Source: an uncultured Acidobacteriota bacterium (GTDB lineage Bacteria; Acidobacteriota; Vicinamibacteria; Marinacidobacterales; DATDRI01). Taken from it: a stretch of DNA of 64,000 bases. Each line of letters begins with the position of its first letter. The first letter of the stretch is position 1. The stretch is taken from the NCBI GenBank assembly GCA_963697355.1, contig CAVONV010000023.1, positions 1,459,780-1,523,779 on the forward strand, read 5' to 3'. Shown here piece by piece: positions 36,851-46,217 of this stretch. Under the pieces are notes generated by a model. The model worked only from the letters and a program-made list of their open reading frames with translations. It made no database searches and was not told where the DNA came from. A program made the position numbers and the translations under genes.

Positions 36851-36913
36851 CGTATAGTTACAAGTGTATAGTGACGTATGATTACAAGTCAAACAAGATG
36901 TGTTGTTACAAGT
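36851..36913. promoter_or_regulatory. Three TTACAAGT direct repeats at exact 24-nt spacing in an AT-rich leader
   Basis: TTACAAGT at 36858, 36882 and 36906. The first two are extended to CGTAT(A/G)(G/A)TTACAAGT. Located 21 nt upstream of the NTase start. Confidence 0.4.
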
Positions 36914-37012
36914 GAATTATGCTGAAAAGGATCGGGTGTTTTCGGCGCCCACGGATTCTTACCGGCCGGGTCGTGTGCGTCGGGTGGGCTCTAATTTTCC
37001 TGATCGCGTTTA

Positions 37013-37190
37013 GTGTCCCCTTCGGGGATGGTCGAAACCCCTCGCCTTTAGGCGAAGGGAAGATTGTCGCCGTCCCCGAAGGGGACAAGACACCCCCGAC
37101 TGAAGTCGGGGGGTTGAGAATGAAGCGGGCGCATTTGAGACGACTTCCAGTCGACGCGCCCGCACAATCCCCCGGCTTAAGCCGGGGGTT
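37013..37190. repeat. Cluster of six consecutive GC-rich stem-loops
   Basis: TCCCC-TTCG-GGGGA; CCCCTCGCC-TTTA-GGCGAAGGG; GTCCCC-GAA-GGGGAC; CCCCCGAC-TGAA-GTCGGGGG; GCGGGCGC..CGACT-TCC-AGTCG..GCGCCCGC; CCCCCGGCTTAAGCCGGGGG. Confidence 0.6.
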
Positions 37191-40023
37191 GATTGAATTC
37201 GGGCCGTTTGTTGCGGGGAGCGCCCAGCTTCACCTTTTCGGCACCGCCTAAATAGATTCCGTTGAAGAAGAGCTTGAACGTGCCGTGCGGCTGGGCACGG
37301 AAGAGCACTTCAGGGCCGTACAAGAACAAACGACCCTCTCCAACCTCTGCGGCGGCGACGGCAACACCGCCGTAGAGGCGGTCTTGTCCCCAGGCCCAGC
37401 CGCTTCGAAGCGGCTTGTCGCTGTCGAACCAGGCGACGGGCGTTACCCCCTTCTTGTCGGCTTCGGGATGCAGTCGAAATACGGGACTGTTGTTGAAGAA
37501 GATGTCGACCCGATCCTTCATTCCGTAGGCGAGGGGGTGCGTATTGTCAACACGAACCTGAAGCACGGATCCGGGGAGGTAGTACTGTTCATTCGGTAGC
37601 GGATTGTCTTCCCCGTCGACCATGTGATTTCCCATGGGAAGACCGGCCAAGGGTCCCAAATTACTTGAGCTGCCGATGGCGAGGATGGTGCCACCTGCTT
37701 CGAGAAACTCGACGAGTTTGGGAACGGTCTCGTCTGTGGTGATCCTTCCAAGCCAACCTCTGTACTCGGGCGGAATCGATTTCGGAGCCGGTTGAGATCC
37801 TCTTCCAGAACCGGCACGCGGAGCCATGTTGACCTTGCCCGGTGGAATCGCGTCCGTCACGAAGACGAGGACATCGAACTTGCTGTTCAGGTTGCCGGCG
37901 TCGAGGTTCTGCGGATAGACCACCTCGAAGGGGAACTCGAACTGCTCGAAAAGCCATCGCGTCCAACCGGACGGCATGGACCCGCCGTAGTGGTCCCACA
38001 GGCCGATCGCGACGGTGTTCAGCTGAAGAGCAGTGCTCGAAGGAGTGGCGTCGACACCGTCGAAGCTGAGACCCAGTTCAAATGCCATTTTCTCGAGCGT
38101 CTCGCCGGTCGAGGGTTTGGCTTCGATGTAAATCGTTCCGACCGGATAGGTCTTACCGTTGACCGCGATCGGGTCCGTGAGCCAATAGACTTCGTGATCG
38201 CTGGCCAAGAACCGGTTGGTGGCGATGACCGCGTCATTTGCGTCGTGGCTCAGTAGAAATCCGGCCGCACCACGGCTCTCAGTGATCCTTCCGGGTAAAG
38301 GCTTAGCGGGACCTTCGATCTTCTCAAAGGGTCCGTCGAACCCTTCTAGAATGCGGTCGAACTCCACTCCCATCTGAAAGGCGAGTGTCTAGCCGGCGTT
38401 GTCATACGGAGGGACCGGGGGGCCGCCCTCGTAGAGAAAGTCATTGGGGTGGTCTTGGGGCTCGAACATGTCCATGACCTGCGGCCGAAAGGCTTGCGCT
38501 GCTTGGACCACATACGAGCCAGCCGGATAGTTCCTACCACCCACGTGGAACTCTCCGGTGGCCTGATGAACCGTGACGCCGTTCTTGATGAGGGTGTTGA
38601 TGAACTTGGTGGCGGTGGGGAAGTCCGGTTGATCGGCCGGTAGGATGAATCCTCTGGGGTCGCGGTTCTCGGGCTTGCGAAATCCCTCGAAGTATTTGGT
38701 CGCTATACCGGGGCCGCCGCGTCGAAACGTGGGACGAAGCTCTTCGACAGCATCTGGATCTTTCGCGGCCTCACGGGTGACCTCGTAAACCGTTCGAGGC
38801 CAAATGGTCCAGTGGTCTCGACTTCCGCGCTCGATGTTGTTTCGGCCCATGATGTAGCGATTGAACAGGACGACTTCCCTCTGGCGGGAGGCGTAGTCCA
38901 TCACCGCTCGGTTCAGTGTGATGGAGTAGTCGATGGCGTCACGAAAATGCCACTCCGTGGGCTCGTGCGGAAATGGAATGTCTACGCTCGCTAGCTGCCG
39001 GTCGGGCCAAAAGCCGAGCTCCATGGGAGTCGGGTTGCCTTTGATCTCTGTCAGCAGTCCGATTTGGTTGTGAAAATAGCCCGTTGTTCGGATGTTCCCG
39101 TTGTACCAAATCGAGTAGGTTGCACGGGAGCGCATTCCGCTGCCGGGCTTTCCTTCCGCCACCAATCGGCTGTGCATGGCGGTGCCAAAAGCCTCTAGGC
39201 CGAGCACCAAAAGGGGGTCGCAGTTGTAGTTGGGAGGATCCCGAAAAGGTGGAACGAACACGATGATATCGCTTGGCCCCGTCTGGTGGTGGTTGTACAT
39301 GACTTGGGGGAACCACTCTCGGTACATGACGCGGTTCATGTTCACGGTTTCCGGTTGCGTTGACATGTAACCGTCCCGATTGTTGTCGTGACCAATGTAC
39401 TTCTGGTAGAGCCGCGGTATGTCACCACTGTCTCGTTTCTTTGGGTCCGGCTCGCGCATGTACCAGCTCGATACCAGCTCCATGCCGTCCGGATTAGCGT
39501 GTACCGCGAGGAGGATAACGTCGTCGAGGAAGCGCATCGTTTCCGGATCATCGAGACTCACCATCTGATAGACCCACTCCATGAGCTGGTGTGACCCCAC
39601 GACCTCGCTGGCGTGCAACCCGCCGTCGACCCACACGACGGCTTTGCCTTCCTGGGCCAATCGTTTGGCTTCGGCGTCCGTCAGACCTTCCGCCAAGGCT
39701 AGTCTGGCCGATATCTCCTTGTATCGCTCCAGTTTCTTGTAATTGTCCGGAGACGTGATGACGGCCATGTACTGTGGTCGGCCCTCGGCGGTCTTGCCGA
39801 TCTCTTCCAGGTGCATGCGAGGGGACTCGCGGTCGAGCTTCTTCCAGTAATCCACGAGTTGCGAATAGGTAATGAGGTGGTAGTCATCACCGATATTGAA
39901 ACCGAACTGTTCTTGCGGCGTCGTGACCTGGGGTGCAGCCAATGTTGGAACACTGGTCATGGCAAGCAAGACAATCAAGCCTACGAGGATACGAACTTGT
40001 TTCGAACTCGAACCATTCGTCAT
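37177..40023 (-). pseudogene. M14-family zinc carboxypeptidase (~948 aa) split by a single in-frame TAG at 38389-38391
   Basis: ORFs 38389..40065 and 37177..38373 are in the same frame, separated only by TAG plus 5 codons (..PPYDNAG*TLAFQMGVEFDRILEG..). The N-terminal part has M14 motifs (HANPDG, GHDNNRDG). Confidence 0.8.
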
Positions 40024-40232
40024 GGCAACTCTCCATCCGTCATCAACCCCGCCGAGCAGGGACAAGTCAAAGACAAGTCAAGTTGGTTGAACGCATCGCG
40101 CTCGGTTGCTCGGCTCTGTCTTGACGGTCTGACTTCTCGTCGGGGAGTATACAATATACTCTCGTGTTGGTGCCCGTCCTTGATGAGTTGTCGGGTATGC
40201 ACAAGCGGCAGTCTTGGGTGAATGCCCACTTG

Positions 40233-40248
40233 TTTGATCTAGATCAAA
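40233..40248. promoter_or_regulatory. Perfect FNR/CRP-family box TTGAT-CTAG-ATCAA
   Basis: TTTGATCTAGATCAAA is a 16-bp palindrome ~95 nt upstream of the DUF438 ATG. Confidence 0.55.
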
Positions 40249-40342
40249 GCCAAACGGCTGTTGTCTCTGTATTTTGTCGTCTCAGGCCATCTTGCTCCTA
40301 AGGTGTGGTGCGGTTGGTGAACAGATCCAGCGGAGAAACCAA

Positions 40343-41578
40343 ATGAGTGAACTCATTGATAATGCGCAGAAGAAGAAAGATCTCCTTAAACACATGATCT
40401 TACAGCTCCATGAAGGCCGTGCACCGGAGGCCGTCCGAAAGCAGCTAGCCCGCGTCATGGGTGAGGTGCCTTATCAGCTTGTCGTCGAGGTCGAGCAGGA
40501 GTTGATGGCAGAGGGACTACCGACTCCGGAAGTGCTGAAGTTGTGCGATGTACATACGGAGGCCTTGAGAGGACAAATCAGTCATGCCGTTGCCAAAGAA
40601 GCGCCGCCTGGCCATCCCGTGCATACGCTCAAAGAAGAAAACCGCGCGTTGCAGTGGGAGCTCGATTCATTGAAGAAGGTTTTTGCATCGATTGCAGAGC
40701 TCGATGAAACAGAGGACGCGAGCGAGCTCATGGCGCAAGTGCGGGTGAGATTCAATGCCCTGACCGATGTGGAAAAACACTACTTGCGCAAGGAAAACCT
40801 GCTCTTTCCGTTCCTCGAGAAACATGGGATCACGGGACCGTCGACGGTCATGTGGGGAAAGCATGACGAGACCCGCGAGTTGATCAATGCTGCCATTGAA
40901 GCGCTAGAGCAGGTGGCAACGATCCAAGCCGGTGAAGCTAGCTCGGTTGTCGAGCTGGTCCTCCAGCCCGTGGTCAAAGCCATTGAGGAAATGATCTTCA
41001 AAGAAGAGGAGGTCCTGTTCCCGATGAGCATGGATACCCTCGGTGAAGCGGAATGGGTGAGCGTCGATCGACAAAGCTTGGATTACGGTTTTTGTCTGTA
41101 CGATCCGACCGACGAGTGGAAGCCCGCGGCGGGCTCCCTGGAACACGAATCTACGGTCGAAGATAAGAAGATCAAGCTTCCCTCCGGCCAGGTAACTCCC
41201 GCCGAGCTCAACGCCATCCTGAATTCCATACCGTTCGATTTGACCTTCGTGGACAAAGACGATCGGGTTCGTTATTTCACGCAAGGGCGGGAACGCATCT
41301 TCGCACGGAGTCGTGCGATTTTGGGTCGAAAAGTGCAGTTGTGTCATCCACCCTCCAGCGTACATATCGTCGAGAATATCCTCGAAGATTTTCACGCCGG
41401 CCGAGAGAACCACGCTCCCTTTTGGATCGAGATGAAAGGCCGCTTCATCCACATCGAGTACTTCGCTTTGAGAGACAATGATGGCGAGTACCTCGGGACT
41501 CTCGAAGTCAGTCAAGACCTCACTGAAAAGCGAGCCCTCGAGGGAGAGCAACGGCTTTTGGCCTACAGCAAAGAGTGA
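40343..41578 (+). CDS. DUF438 / hemerythrin-like / PAS domain protein
   Basis: N-terminal KKDLLKHMILQLHEG...VVEVEQELMAEGL (DUF438-like), central H-rich helical region, C-terminal PAS-like FVDKDDRVRYFTQG...HIEYFALRD. Confidence 0.75.
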   Translation: MSELIDNAQKKKDLLKHMILQLHEGRAPEAVRKQLARVMGEVPYQLVVEVEQELMAEGLPTPEVLKLCDVHTEALRGQISHAVAKEAPPGHPVHTLKEENRALQWELDSLKKVFASIAELDETEDASELMAQVRVRFNALTDVEKHYLRKENLLFPFLEKHGITGPSTVMWGKHDETRELINAAIEALEQVATIQAGEASSVVELVLQPVVKAIEEMIFKEEEVLFPMSMDTLGEAEWVSVDRQSLDYGFCLYDPTDEWKPAAGSLEHESTVEDKKIKLPSGQVTPAELNAILNSIPFDLTFVDKDDRVRYFTQGRERIFARSRAILGRKVQLCHPPSSVHIVENILEDFHAGRENHAPFWIEMKGRFIHIEYFALRDNDGEYLGTLEVSQDLTEKRALEGEQRLLAYSKE

Positions 41579-41583
41579 CCGAA

Positions 41584-42101
41584 TGTCTTCCGGACCTATC
41601 GACATCACGCCTGAGACACGGGTTGGGGCCCTGCTCGATGCCTATCCCGAGCTAGAAGAGAAGCTCGTGGCCATGGCGCCGGCCTTCGCTAAGCTGAGGA
41701 ATCCCGTGCTTCGGAAGACCGTTGCCAAAGTCACGACTCTCCGCCAAGCGGCAAAGGTCGGTAAGATATCGCTAGGGGCTCTCATCAATACGCTCCGTGA
41801 AGAAGTCGGACAATCCGGCGGTACATTTGCAGACGACTCGAATTCCGCGGGAGAGCCTCCTACCTGGTTCGACGAACGAAGGGTCACGGAGACATTGGAT
41901 GGCCGGCCCTTGATCGAGGCGGGAGAGCGGCCTCTGGACAACGTCATGTCAACGCTGGACCGGCTTCAGAGTGAGGACATCCTGGAGCTTACGACTCCCT
42001 TCGAGCCTGCCCCTTTGATAGACCTTGCCAAACAAAAGGGCCACCGAGTCTGGTGCCGCGAAGAGAGCCCGGAAGTATTCAGGACCTACTTTCAGAAGTA
42101 G
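41584..42101 (+). CDS. DUF1858 (ScdA_N-like) + DUF2249-like domain protein
   Basis: ITPETRVGALLDAYPELEEKLVAMAPAFAKLRNPVLRKTVAKVTTLRQAA is the DUF1858 pattern. Begins 6 nt after the previous stop. Confidence 0.7.
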
Positions 42102-42142
42102 GAACCGCCATTGACGTGCGGCGAACAAACCGATAACGTCGC

Positions 42143-42198
42143 CTCGACTGCTCGACTGCTCGACTGCTCGACTGCTCGACTGCTCGACTGCTCGACTG
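42143..42198. repeat. Seven perfect tandem copies of CTCGACTG
   Basis: Direct reading. Lies between convergent stops at 42101 and 42208. Confidence 0.9.
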
Positions 42199-42207
42199 AC
42201 TAGGTAA

Positions 42208-44034
42208 CTACATTCCCAACAAACGTGGAAGGAATCGCGTCAATGACGGGATGTAAGTGACCAGAAACACACCCACCGCACGGATAGCCAAGAAAGGAAG
42301 GGCCGCCCGGTACACTTCGGGCAGAGGTCGTTTGAATCGGTAAGAGGCGAGGAAGAGGTTCATCCCTACCGGGGGAGTGAGGTAGCCGAGCTCCATATTG
42401 GTGAGGAAGATGATTCCTAGGTGAAAAGGATCGACGCCATAATGCAGTCCCAAAGGTGCGATCAAAGGAACGACGACCACTATGGCCGAGTAGATATCCA
42501 TCAAGCAGCCGACGATGAGAAGAAAGACGTTAAGTAGCAAGAGGAAAAACAATGGTGATTGGACGAATGATTGCACCCATTCGACAGCGAGGTAGGGAAT
42601 TTCGGCGATGACGAGATAGTTCGTCAAGCCGAGCGCTACGCCCAGGATGGTCAAGACACCCCCAATCAAGACAGCGGCGTTAGCGAGGACGCGAAGGAGA
42701 TCGCGTCGGATCGTCAGGTCTTTGTGGACGAAGAATTCGAGAACGAAAGCATAGAGCACGGTCACCGCTGAAGCTTCCACGAGGGTGGCCAAACCACCGA
42801 GGATGCTCCCCAGTAGGACGACGGGAATGGCGACTTCCCACTTGGCCTGCCATAAGGCGTCCAGCGCTCTTCTGCCTTCAAACGCCACTCGGGATACTTT
42901 CGTGCGTCGGCTGTGGAGTATCACGAAGGTGGCAACGAGCAAGATCTCCAGCATGCCCGGCAGCCAGCCGGCAACGAATAGGCCACGGATCTCGACTTCG
43001 GCCACCAGTCCGTAAAGAATGACAGCCAAAGAAGGCGGGAAGAGCAAACCCAGCGATCCGGCAGATGTGAGAAGTCCGGTACTGAATTTGTGGGAGTGTT
43101 TTTCCTCGAGCAGCATGGGGTAGAGCAGGCCACCCATTGCGAGGATGGTAACGCCACTACCACCGGTAAAACTCGTGAAGAAGGCGCAAACGACGACTGC
43201 TACCACAGCTACGCCCCCGGGCATCCATCCAAAAAGTGCACGAAAGAGCCCCACAAGCCTGTTGGGTGTGCCGCCCTCGGCCAGAATGAAGCCGGCCAGA
43301 GTGAACAGCGGTATCGTGGGCAGTATGGGTTTCAAGGCAAGGCTATAAGCTTCGAGGGGAATGGCAGAAACGGGGTCATAGATGTTCCAGAGCAGGATGG
43401 CGGCAATGCCACCGAGCCCCACGAATATTGGAGCACCTAGAGCAGTTGCCAAGAGCATGACGGCTAGAAGAGGTATCAGAATACCGCTTCCGGGCAACTC
43501 CTCGGCCCAACTCAAGATAAGGGGAAACAACACGAAGCCGGCGGCAAGGCCACGGCCCCACCAGGAAGAGACCCTCCACAATATGCGGAGGCCGATGGCC
43601 GCAAATCCGATGGGCATGATGGTCTGAGCCACCCATACGGGAAGCCCCAGCGCTAAGATGCGTCCACCTTCTCTCTCCACGGTGACGAGCTCGAAGCTGC
43701 CCAGGGCTAGCACGGTACATACAGCGAAACTGACCCCGGCCGTCAGAATCTCGGCCGCTTGTCTCCATCGACCTTGCAGCAATGTCGATCCGGTGGTCAA
43801 CGAAAGGAGCTCTCCACGTCGTGCCGCAATGGCGGCTCCAAGAAACGCCACCCAGAGTGCGAGATGCTGCACCCAGATCGAAGAACCGGGAATGCCGCTC
43901 GGGTAGAACTTGCGAACGACGATCTCCAGTAGAGGCAAGGTCGCCATTAGGAGGAGGGCAATTACAGAGAGGCTATCTTCGAACGCGTTGAGTTTTCTTG
44001 GCGGTGTTGGCGCCTGATTATCTTGAAGTTGCAT
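42208..44034 (-). CDS. TRAP transporter fused small/large permease (DctQ-DctM)
   Basis: 608 aa, ~16 TM. N-terminal DctQ-like four helices, then DctM-like repeats. Confidence 0.9.
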   Translation of the reverse strand: MQLQDNQAPTPPRKLNAFEDSLSVIALLLMATLPLLEIVVRKFYPSGIPGSSIWVQHLALWVAFLGAAIAARRGELLSLTTGSTLLQGRWRQAAEILTAGVSFAVCTVLALGSFELVTVEREGGRILALGLPVWVAQTIMPIGFAAIGLRILWRVSSWWGRGLAAGFVLFPLILSWAEELPGSGILIPLLAVMLLATALGAPIFVGLGGIAAILLWNIYDPVSAIPLEAYSLALKPILPTIPLFTLAGFILAEGGTPNRLVGLFRALFGWMPGGVAVVAVVVCAFFTSFTGGSGVTILAMGGLLYPMLLEEKHSHKFSTGLLTSAGSLGLLFPPSLAVILYGLVAEVEIRGLFVAGWLPGMLEILLVATFVILHSRRTKVSRVAFEGRRALDALWQAKWEVAIPVVLLGSILGGLATLVEASAVTVLYAFVLEFFVHKDLTIRRDLLRVLANAAVLIGGVLTILGVALGLTNYLVIAEIPYLAVEWVQSFVQSPLFFLLLLNVFLLIVGCLMDIYSAIVVVVPLIAPLGLHYGVDPFHLGIIFLTNMELGYLTPPVGMNLFLASYRFKRPLPEVYRAALPFLAIRAVGVFLVTYIPSLTRFLPRLLGM

Positions 44035-44058
44035 CTCGGCCGACCACCCGTTTGGCTC

Positions 44059-45078
44059 TTATTGCGAAGAACGGCTGGATGTCGCCCTGAACTCGTCTCG
44101 AAGCCTCACGACCTCGTCGAAGATCTCGGGTGGCACCAAATTGCCGCGAACTCGAGGGTAGGCCTTCTCGGCCGTCTTTTGCCACTCAGCACGAGCGGAG
44201 TCATTCAAGGACAATACTTGGAGCCCGCGGCTCTTCATTGCCTGCAATGAGCGCATTTCGTGTTGCCGAATGTCTTGCTTGAGCTCTTCACCGACGTCCT
44301 TGGCCGTTCGCATCACCATGTCCTTTTGCTCGGATGAAAGCTGCTTCCATGCACGCTCATGCATGACAAGAGCGCCTTGGAGCGGCGCCCACTTGAGGTC
44401 TGTCATGTGTTTGGCCTGCCGGTAGAACTGCGAGGCTTCAGCCAACATGATAGGCATATAGGCGGCATCGATGAGACCAGTCTGTAAACCAGTGAGCATG
44501 TCCACCATGGAGATAGGAACCGGATTGAATCCGGCCCATTTGAATATGTCGACGGTTCTCGTTTCGGAAATCGAGCCTGCCAGTTTCATCTGCTTGAGCT
44601 CGGCCGGCGTCCGCATGGGCTGATTGGAAAAGAAATAAACCCATCCGGCGTCGGACCAGGCCAGAACGATGAATCCGTTTTCGGCCAGATTTTCTTCCAG
44701 AATCGGATTGATCTTCTGGCGGACGTAATCCCACTCCGCGTAGCTTTCGAACATCATGGGTAGCATGACAGCGTAGGCTCGGGAGTCGATCTCGGCCAGT
44801 CCGGCGTTCGAAATGGCGGCGACCTGAAGCTGACCGATACGCATCTTGCGGATCATCTCGGATTCGTCGCCCACGGTGCCGCCAGGGTAGATTCGGAGGG
44901 TGACGTCACCGCCGGAAGCTTCTTTCCACTCCGAGCCCATCCGGCGCAGAATTTTGTCCCACGCCGACCCCTGAGGAACGAGCGTGCCCAATCTGAGGAT
45001 GACTTTCGCTTGAAGAGGCAGAGCCAGACTCAAAAAGAGAAGAATCGATAGCAGGGCGGCAGCCGTTTTCTTGTTCAA
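44059..45078 (-). CDS. dctP: TRAP transporter substrate-binding protein (DctP family)
   Basis: Signal peptide, then DctP-like fold. TTG start follows GAAGGAG and overlaps the TatT stop (TTGA). Confidence 0.85.
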   Translation of the reverse strand: MNKKTAAALLSILLFLSLALPLQAKVILRLGTLVPQGSAWDKILRRMGSEWKEASGGDVTLRIYPGGTVGDESEMIRKMRIGQLQVAAISNAGLAEIDSRAYAVMLPMMFESYAEWDYVRQKINPILEENLAENGFIVLAWSDAGWVYFFSNQPMRTPAELKQMKLAGSISETRTVDIFKWAGFNPVPISMVDMLTGLQTGLIDAAYMPIMLAEASQFYRQAKHMTDLKWAPLQGALVMHERAWKQLSSEQKDMVMRTAKDVGEELKQDIRQHEMRSLQAMKSRGLQVLSLNDSARAEWQKTAEKAYPRVRGNLVPPEIFDEVVRLRDEFRATSSRSSQ

Positions 45079-46022
45079 GGTATTTCTCCTTCTAAGAAAA
45101 GCTCGTCGATACGGCCTTGCAGCCAACGAGCGCGCCGCTGAGCAAGGATATTGAGAAGGCGATTCGAGGGGTGGCTATCGACGTCGAAGCTGAGGATCTT
45201 GTCCAAGAGCTCGAGGAATTCTTTTCGATTCTGGTCGCGGACCGAAACACCTTCGGCCCAGCTCAGATAAACCGATAGACGGTTTCCACTGGAAAGCTCG
45301 ATAGCCCTCTCGTAGTGTCGTCGCATCTGGTCCCGCGAACCGCCCACCCGACCGGCTTCGTAGCTCAACAGGAACCCATGGATCGCACCTTCATCGTAGT
45401 CCTCGTCGAGCTCCAAGGCTCGTTGAAGTAGCGCGCCCACAACGGCTATGTCCGCCGTCGCCTCTGGGTTGTCCTTGGAAGCACTGATGGCCGCACCCAG
45501 TGCCACCGCCGTCCAGACCGCAAGCGGCACATCGTCCAGGCCAAGCTCTTTCGCTGCCTGTTCAGGCTCTCGTGGAAGTAGTGCGCGGAACCCAGGGTGG
45601 GCGACTTCGAGGCCCCGGAGACCGTAGTTGTAACCTCGCAGGTATAGTCGCGCGGATCGCCGCCGGATTTCTTCGGCCCGGTCATAATCCTCATCCTCGA
45701 TTTGATCGGCCTCGGGTTCGACGAAACCATTGGCATAGAGTGAAAACAGCGCCGCTGCCGAAGTCAGGAGACCTCGGTGCTCCGGATTGGAAGCGAGCAG
45801 CGTCTCCAGGGTCTTCATATTGAAAGGAAGTGCCGCCGCAATGAGCTCCGGATCCTCGTCGGACAGGTAGACCTGCTCCCCCTCGCCAAATACGTCCGCC
45901 ATGGTATTGACGGCCGTTTTTTTCAATGAACAGGAAGCTCCGGCCATGAGTAACCCAAGCGTGACGATCGGGAGAAAAGGATTCCGTTTCTTGCCGAACG
46001 CGAAAGCGCTATCCATTCCCAT
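45075..46022 (-). CDS. TatT-type TPR lipoprotein associated with the TRAP transporter
   Basis: Lipobox-like LLMAGASC. All-helical TPR-like body as I recall for the TRAP-associated TatT component. Start at 46022 or 46040. Confidence 0.7.
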   Translation of the reverse strand: MGMDSAFAFGKKRNPFLPIVTLGLLMAGASCSLKKTAVNTMADVFGEGEQVYLSDEDPELIAAALPFNMKTLETLLASNPEHRGLLTSAAALFSLYANGFVEPEADQIEDEDYDRAEEIRRRSARLYLRGYNYGLRGLEVAHPGFRALLPREPEQAAKELGLDDVPLAVWTAVALGAAISASKDNPEATADIAVVGALLQRALELDEDYDEGAIHGFLLSYEAGRVGGSRDQMRRHYERAIELSSGNRLSVYLSWAEGVSVRDQNRKEFLELLDKILSFDVDSHPSNRLLNILAQRRARWLQGRIDELFLEGEIP

Positions 46023-46217
46023 ATTTTGTTGTCGGTGCATCGGAACTTGTAATTCTAACGTACACCAAAGATCAAAGCCAGTGGCGTTGTCTCGTGAAAA
46101 GGCAAGATCAAAACATTTCCCGCGTTGGCCCGCATGTTGTACACTTGAAACGCTCATCCCTCAAATTCCTGTTCCGTAGTCTCATCACTCGGTTCAGTCG
46201 CGTAGAGGAGTGGTACC

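Noticed and set aside
36906-37251. ORFs 36919..37251 (+) and 36906..37088 (-) across the hairpin cluster
   Set aside because: The open frames are created by palindromic GC-rich hairpins and read similarly on both strands. There is no start context and no protein-like sequence.
38389-38391. TAG as pyrrolysine or programmed read-through codon
   Set aside because: No pyl genes or PYLIS-like context are visible in the window. TAG also terminates other genes here (e.g. 29586, 50431). A nonsense mutation or a sequencing error is the simpler explanation.
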